A DNA stretch of 64,000 nt, taken from contig CAJFCJ010000007.1 in the NCBI GenBank assembly GCA_904063045.1, forward strand, positions 2,797,404-2,861,403, given 5' to 3'. Shown here in pieces: positions 59,796-64,000 of the stretch. Within the stretch, counting starts at the first letter, position 1. Each line of letters begins with the position of its first letter. This stretch comes from Dimorphilus gyrociliatus (taxonomy: Eukaryota; Animalia; Annelida). A program made the position numbers and the translations under genes. Below the pieces are notes generated by a model. That model saw only the letters and a list, made by a program, of their open reading frames with translations. It had not been told where the DNA came from and ran no database searches.

Positions 59796-62700
59796 TTAAT
59801 ATTCAGTACACATTGGAAGATTTACAAATCCAAAAATGTTAAATTCAATAAGAGTAGAGATGGAAAGAAATATTGTGTAGCTAGATATGCAGATAATACC
59901 AAGTTTTCTATCTAATCTCCAACCACCACAGTGTACGGCCATTAACTAAAGGGGAATAAAAAGAAAGAAAAAAAAGAGAGAAAAAAAAGAAGATAGAAAA
60001 GATAATTAAGAAAAAATATCTTATATCTTCAATTTATAGAGATATTGAGAATATATATGATCTACCTTTACTTACTGTAATAACTACTGTTGCGAAGAGA
60101 AGAATGACACTAAATACCATGCCGTTACTATTTATATGAACCTGATAGAGACGGTAATGATTATATTTGAAAATTTCAGTAGGTAAGATTTACTTACGTC
60201 TTGTCTTGATGGAAGTAAAACAGTGTGTATAAACCATGGAAGTGCTAACCCTATTAGTATATCGAAAACGTTGCTTCCTATAGTATTTGATATCGCCATA
60301 TCTCCCATACCCTGTCTGGCTACCATAACACTCGACATTGCATCAGGAACAGACGTTCCAGCTGCTAGGAACGTTATCCCCATTATGCTATCAGGTATAC
60401 CCATCGTATAACCGATTAATGTCACCATCCAAACCATTATGTAGGATAGAATAGCTATCCATGCTATCGATAGCATAAAAGTTGCTGCATACCACCCTTC
60501 GAATCTCTTCCTTTTGCAGTCAGGTACGGTAAAGAAGAACACAATACTAGCTGGTAGAAGAGCTAGCCAACCGGCAATCTTTAACAATCCTTCCTCTATT
60601 TTTGGGGGTCGAAACAGTGGCCTCTCCTTCTCAGTCTCGGGTTTATCAGAGTTTGTTCGAACAGCTTTTGTATAAGAATCTGTACTTGCGTCAAAGCTTA
60701 AGGTTTTCATTTGTTTTTGACGTCTCTTGAAGCCAGGATCTTGTAAGAGTTTCTTTCTCTATAAATATTCATAAGAGTATAGTACAGAAAAACCTTAGGA
60801 AATGGGCAATTTACCCGATAAAATATAAAAATTATTTACACAAACCTCAGCAATAAGTATAAAAGTAATAAATTTAAACCTAGTTTTAGGTTTAAACTCC
60901 TTTCCTTTCATTACTCTTAAGCAAATATCTGCAAAGCTCATCCTAAATTCAAGAAGAGATGGTCAAAAAAATATAATTTAATATCTCAATTAACTCATAA
61001 CAAACCTTCCTGGTTTCATTGCAAATTTATCAACTGCCAAAACCTTAATATCTTGCGATTTATTCGTTTTAGAATTCTCGTACATTTCTAATTTATTATA
61101 GATAGAAGTTGATTTTATGATAAAGTATAAACGAACATAATAGCTATCTATATACAGTATATACTATATATTTATATTTATGTATGTATATATACAGTAT
61201 AGATGAAGTTTTCTATTTAAAGTAACTTATACAGTATATATATATATATACATTCTTGCTTTCCTTAATAAAAGAATTAAGGATAATGTACTCAAAATAA
61301 ACGTCACGTAGTAAAATAAAAGACTGTAACTAGATGCTAAAAGCTTATGGGGAGTATATAGGCCTTTATGAATTAAAAAGAATCTATGAATTTTTATGAT
61401 ATAAAACAGCTACGTTCCAAAAAAAAAAAAATTTGAGGGATAGAGAGAAAGAGAAGAAGAGGAAAGTAAGAGAGAGAGAGAGAGAGAGAGAGAGATAGCT
61501 AAATAGAGAGCGGCGAGAGAGAAGGATATAGATAGAGGAATAATTATAGATTATATATATAGATATTAGTATATACTGTATATAAAATATATAAATTGAG
61601 AAATAAAGTGCTAACCGTAAGCATTGGGGTCGCCATAAAATTTCCTTGGTGCCGATGGGGGTAATAAACCAGCTTGGACTGGTTTAACAGCTTCATCGAA
61701 GATTTTAATATGTTTATGGGCGAATTCTTGAATTTTCCTATTCTCCCTAAACGTTTTTTATAGGAAGAGAGAAAATAGAAAGGAACAAAAAAGAGAACTA
61801 TTGAAAACTAAGCCACCAATTCTCAATTGCCAAACTTACTTCATTACAAATATGTAGGCGGCATACAAAGTCAACATTATAAACGATTCATACCATTTTA
61901 CTGTCGAGTCTAGTATAGTCTATGAAAATAGATTAAGATAAGGATAATATGAAATATCAAGTAAGAGAAAGTAATACTTACGAGTATTAAAGCTATAACG
62001 GAAATTAGGTAAAACGCCGTGTCTCTAATGAGCGGATACCAAGCCAGGATAACCACCTGTGTTTGCAAGTTGTTTTTTATTCCATTGTATTTGTTAGAAA
62101 TCCGGTACTACAGTCTTATGGGAATTGATAATTTAATGATATTATTCAGACTTCCAAATTAGCGGACAATAAAATAGACAAGGTATATTTATAGGCGAAA
62201 CGTTTGTTTTTGCTTTTTCTTAATCTTGTCTATTCAGTTGGAAAAAGAAAGATTAGGTAGATTTCTTTGTAATTTCTCTTTCCGTTTCTTTCTCTATCCC
62301 CCTCCCCTCCCCATTCGTTTGGCATATAATTAAAAAGAGATATTTAGTATGAGGCTATAGTACCAATATATGAAATAGATAAAACAAAGAAAGGTGAAAT
62401 ATGACATTGGGTACGAACTGCACCCTCTTACCTCTTTAACGAGTATACCACATAAACCTATAATAAATAATATGTTAAAAACAGCAGATCCGACAATAGT
62501 ACCAATCCCAACGTCTCCGTGCGCAATAAAAACTCCAATTACGGAGGTAAACAATTCCGGAGCAGAACTTCCGGCAGCCATGAAAGTTGCTCCAGCCACG
62601 TCCTCACTTAGTTTCAATTTTTCACATATCTTTTCCAAAGAGGCAACAAAGTACTCGTCGCATATAATAGCTAAAGCTATGAATATATAGACAACGACGA

Positions 62701-63765
62701 AAACGTGAATGATAACTGCCCCATTCGACCTTTGTTCATTTGAGAAGAGGTCGGTAGGAAATTCGTGGTAGGCTAGAAAAGAAATAAAAATTGACTCTTT
62801 CTACTAACGTTACACTATAATCACCTGACTAACCGGGTATGGTACAGTTTGGCTGATTGGTAGATATATTATTATCTTTCAACGTTGTTTGCAGCAAATG
62901 CCGTCCGCCTATATGAAAAAAAAAGAAGAAAAAAAGGATGATTGTTACCGTATACTATCGTTTGATGCCGTCAGAGACATTGACACACATTTTCCTTAAC
63001 GTCATATATATGTATTTAGAATCTATATATAAGTTTCTATATAGGTTTAAGTACAATTCATCCTCTTCATTTATATGGTGCATTTCACTTGTATATAAAT
63101 AGTTTACCTTAGTTTGTCTTTAACTAAACTCCAAGTGTTAAAGTTTTATTTATATTAATAAAAGTCTTATAGCACGACTTTTTGAATTCTCAAATTACAC
63201 TGATTGCAGATTTCGTGATAATTTTCCTCTTCTTTTTATTAAAAAAGAAAATTTTACAATATTCATCCCTTTTCCTCCTCCTGCCCCTCCTCATCATTTT
63301 CTCTCCCACCCACAGTTTCCTACCTTCCTCTAAACCATAATTTATTATTATCTTCATCTTCTTTACACCATAAATACTACCACTACTACTTTTATTACTA
63401 CTACTTTTCTTCTCCATCCTCATTGTGCACTTCATTCTCTTACCGTATCGAATTTTGTCATTTTAACGGAGAAAATTTTATAAATACATCAAGAAACGGC
63501 TGTCTATTATGATTAGGTAATTGTAAATACACAAATATACTCGGTAAACCTATTTATAAATGTTTGACCGACTAGCTAAACATGTTAGAAGAAAAATAAA
63601 GTAAACATACGATATACCTGGATGATGAATTGCTAGGTCTTCGGTTTGTTCTTCGTCAACGCTAAATAGTTTTTTCTTCGCTATTGTCACTACTATAAAG
63701 ATGATTAGGCAAAGAAATTTTGATAAAAAAGATCTCCCAAATCGACGCCGCCTCCTGAATATCAT
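59796..63765 (-). CDS. SLC24A: K+-dependent Na+/Ca2+ exchanger (NCKX, SLC24)
   Basis: Alpha-1 repeat [20 protein letters not shown]; alpha-2 repeat [13 protein letters not shown]; [11 protein letters not shown]; C-terminal [13 protein letters not shown]. Confidence 0.95.
61155..61578. mobile_element. Candidate Tc1/mariner-type MITE (424 bp) in an NCKX intron
   Basis: Perfect 12-bp terminal inverted repeats CAGTATATACTA (61155-61166 and 61567-61578), with TA on both flanks. The TIR is low-complexity, so chance cannot be excluded. Confidence 0.3.
61441..61520. repeat. (AG)n microsatellite in an NCKX intron
   Basis: About 13 AG units at 61469-61495 within a purine tract. Confidence 0.9.
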
Positions 63766-63775
63766 ATCTTTTTTT

Positions 63776-63874
63776 TTCTCTCTCCCTCTCTCTCTCTCCC
63801 TCTCTCTCTCTTTCTCTCTCTCGCTCTATCTATCTCTCTCTCTCTCTGTCTCTCTCTGTCTCTCTCTCCCTTTC
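63776..63874. repeat. Degenerate (CT)n tract immediately upstream of the NCKX ATG
   Basis: About 100-nt pyrimidine tract, read as (GA)n on the coding strand. Confidence 0.9.
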
Positions 63875-64000
63875 CTTTATTAATATTTATATTTTATTAG
63901 TTCACTAAATGAGTTAATTTTCTTTTGTAAGAATTTGTCAATGATATTTTTTTTACTCACTTGACGTTACTTTTGTAAGCGCTGCATTCGACGACGGCGT

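Noticed and set aside
37550-63765. Visual-cycle cluster idea (RDH + CRAL-TRIO + NCKX)
   Set aside because: The RDH is RDH13-like, the CRAL-TRIO is not clearly CRALBP, and the genes are interspersed with unrelated loci.

Overview
Eukaryotic (animal) genomic DNA. It is AT-rich and extremely compact: about 24 protein-coding genes in 64 kb, most introns 45-90 bp, and several intergenic gaps under 300 bp. This resembles a miniaturised invertebrate genome such as the annelid Dimorphilus; that attribution is inference only. Gene order: GALNT2-like exon 1 (-), SOCS-box protein (+), BRD7/9 (-), CoREST/RCOR (+), PSMD2 (-), PRMT5 (+), ARPC5 (-), HES/hairy (+), OGFOD3 (+), orphan coiled-coil ORF (-), TBC1D31 (+), KCC/SLC12A (+), E2F4/5 (-), BTBD17-like (+), RDH13-like (-), TRIM-like (-), divergent Wnt9 (+), CRAL-TRIO (-), DHX33 (-), MDP1 (+), alpha-carbonic anhydrase (+), Kir channel (+), FAR (-), NCKX/SLC24 (-). 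I saw no tRNA, rRNA, CRISPR array or intact transposase. The most interesting signals are: (1) a dispersed TA-CAG-TA/TA-CTG-TA motif that matches Tc1/mariner excision footprints, plus a candidate 424-bp MITE; (2) a Wnt9 that keeps its lipidation serine but has lost the Frizzled-contacting WCC finger tip; (3) a KCC gene with two candidate first exons, two candidate cassette exons and a U12 intron; (4) a dense HES autoregulatory, Su(H) and miR-7 landscape; (5) a TRIM protein with a Cbl-like SH2/SH3-docking tail. Gene names come from recalled motif similarity, not database searches. Exon boundaries were read by eye.
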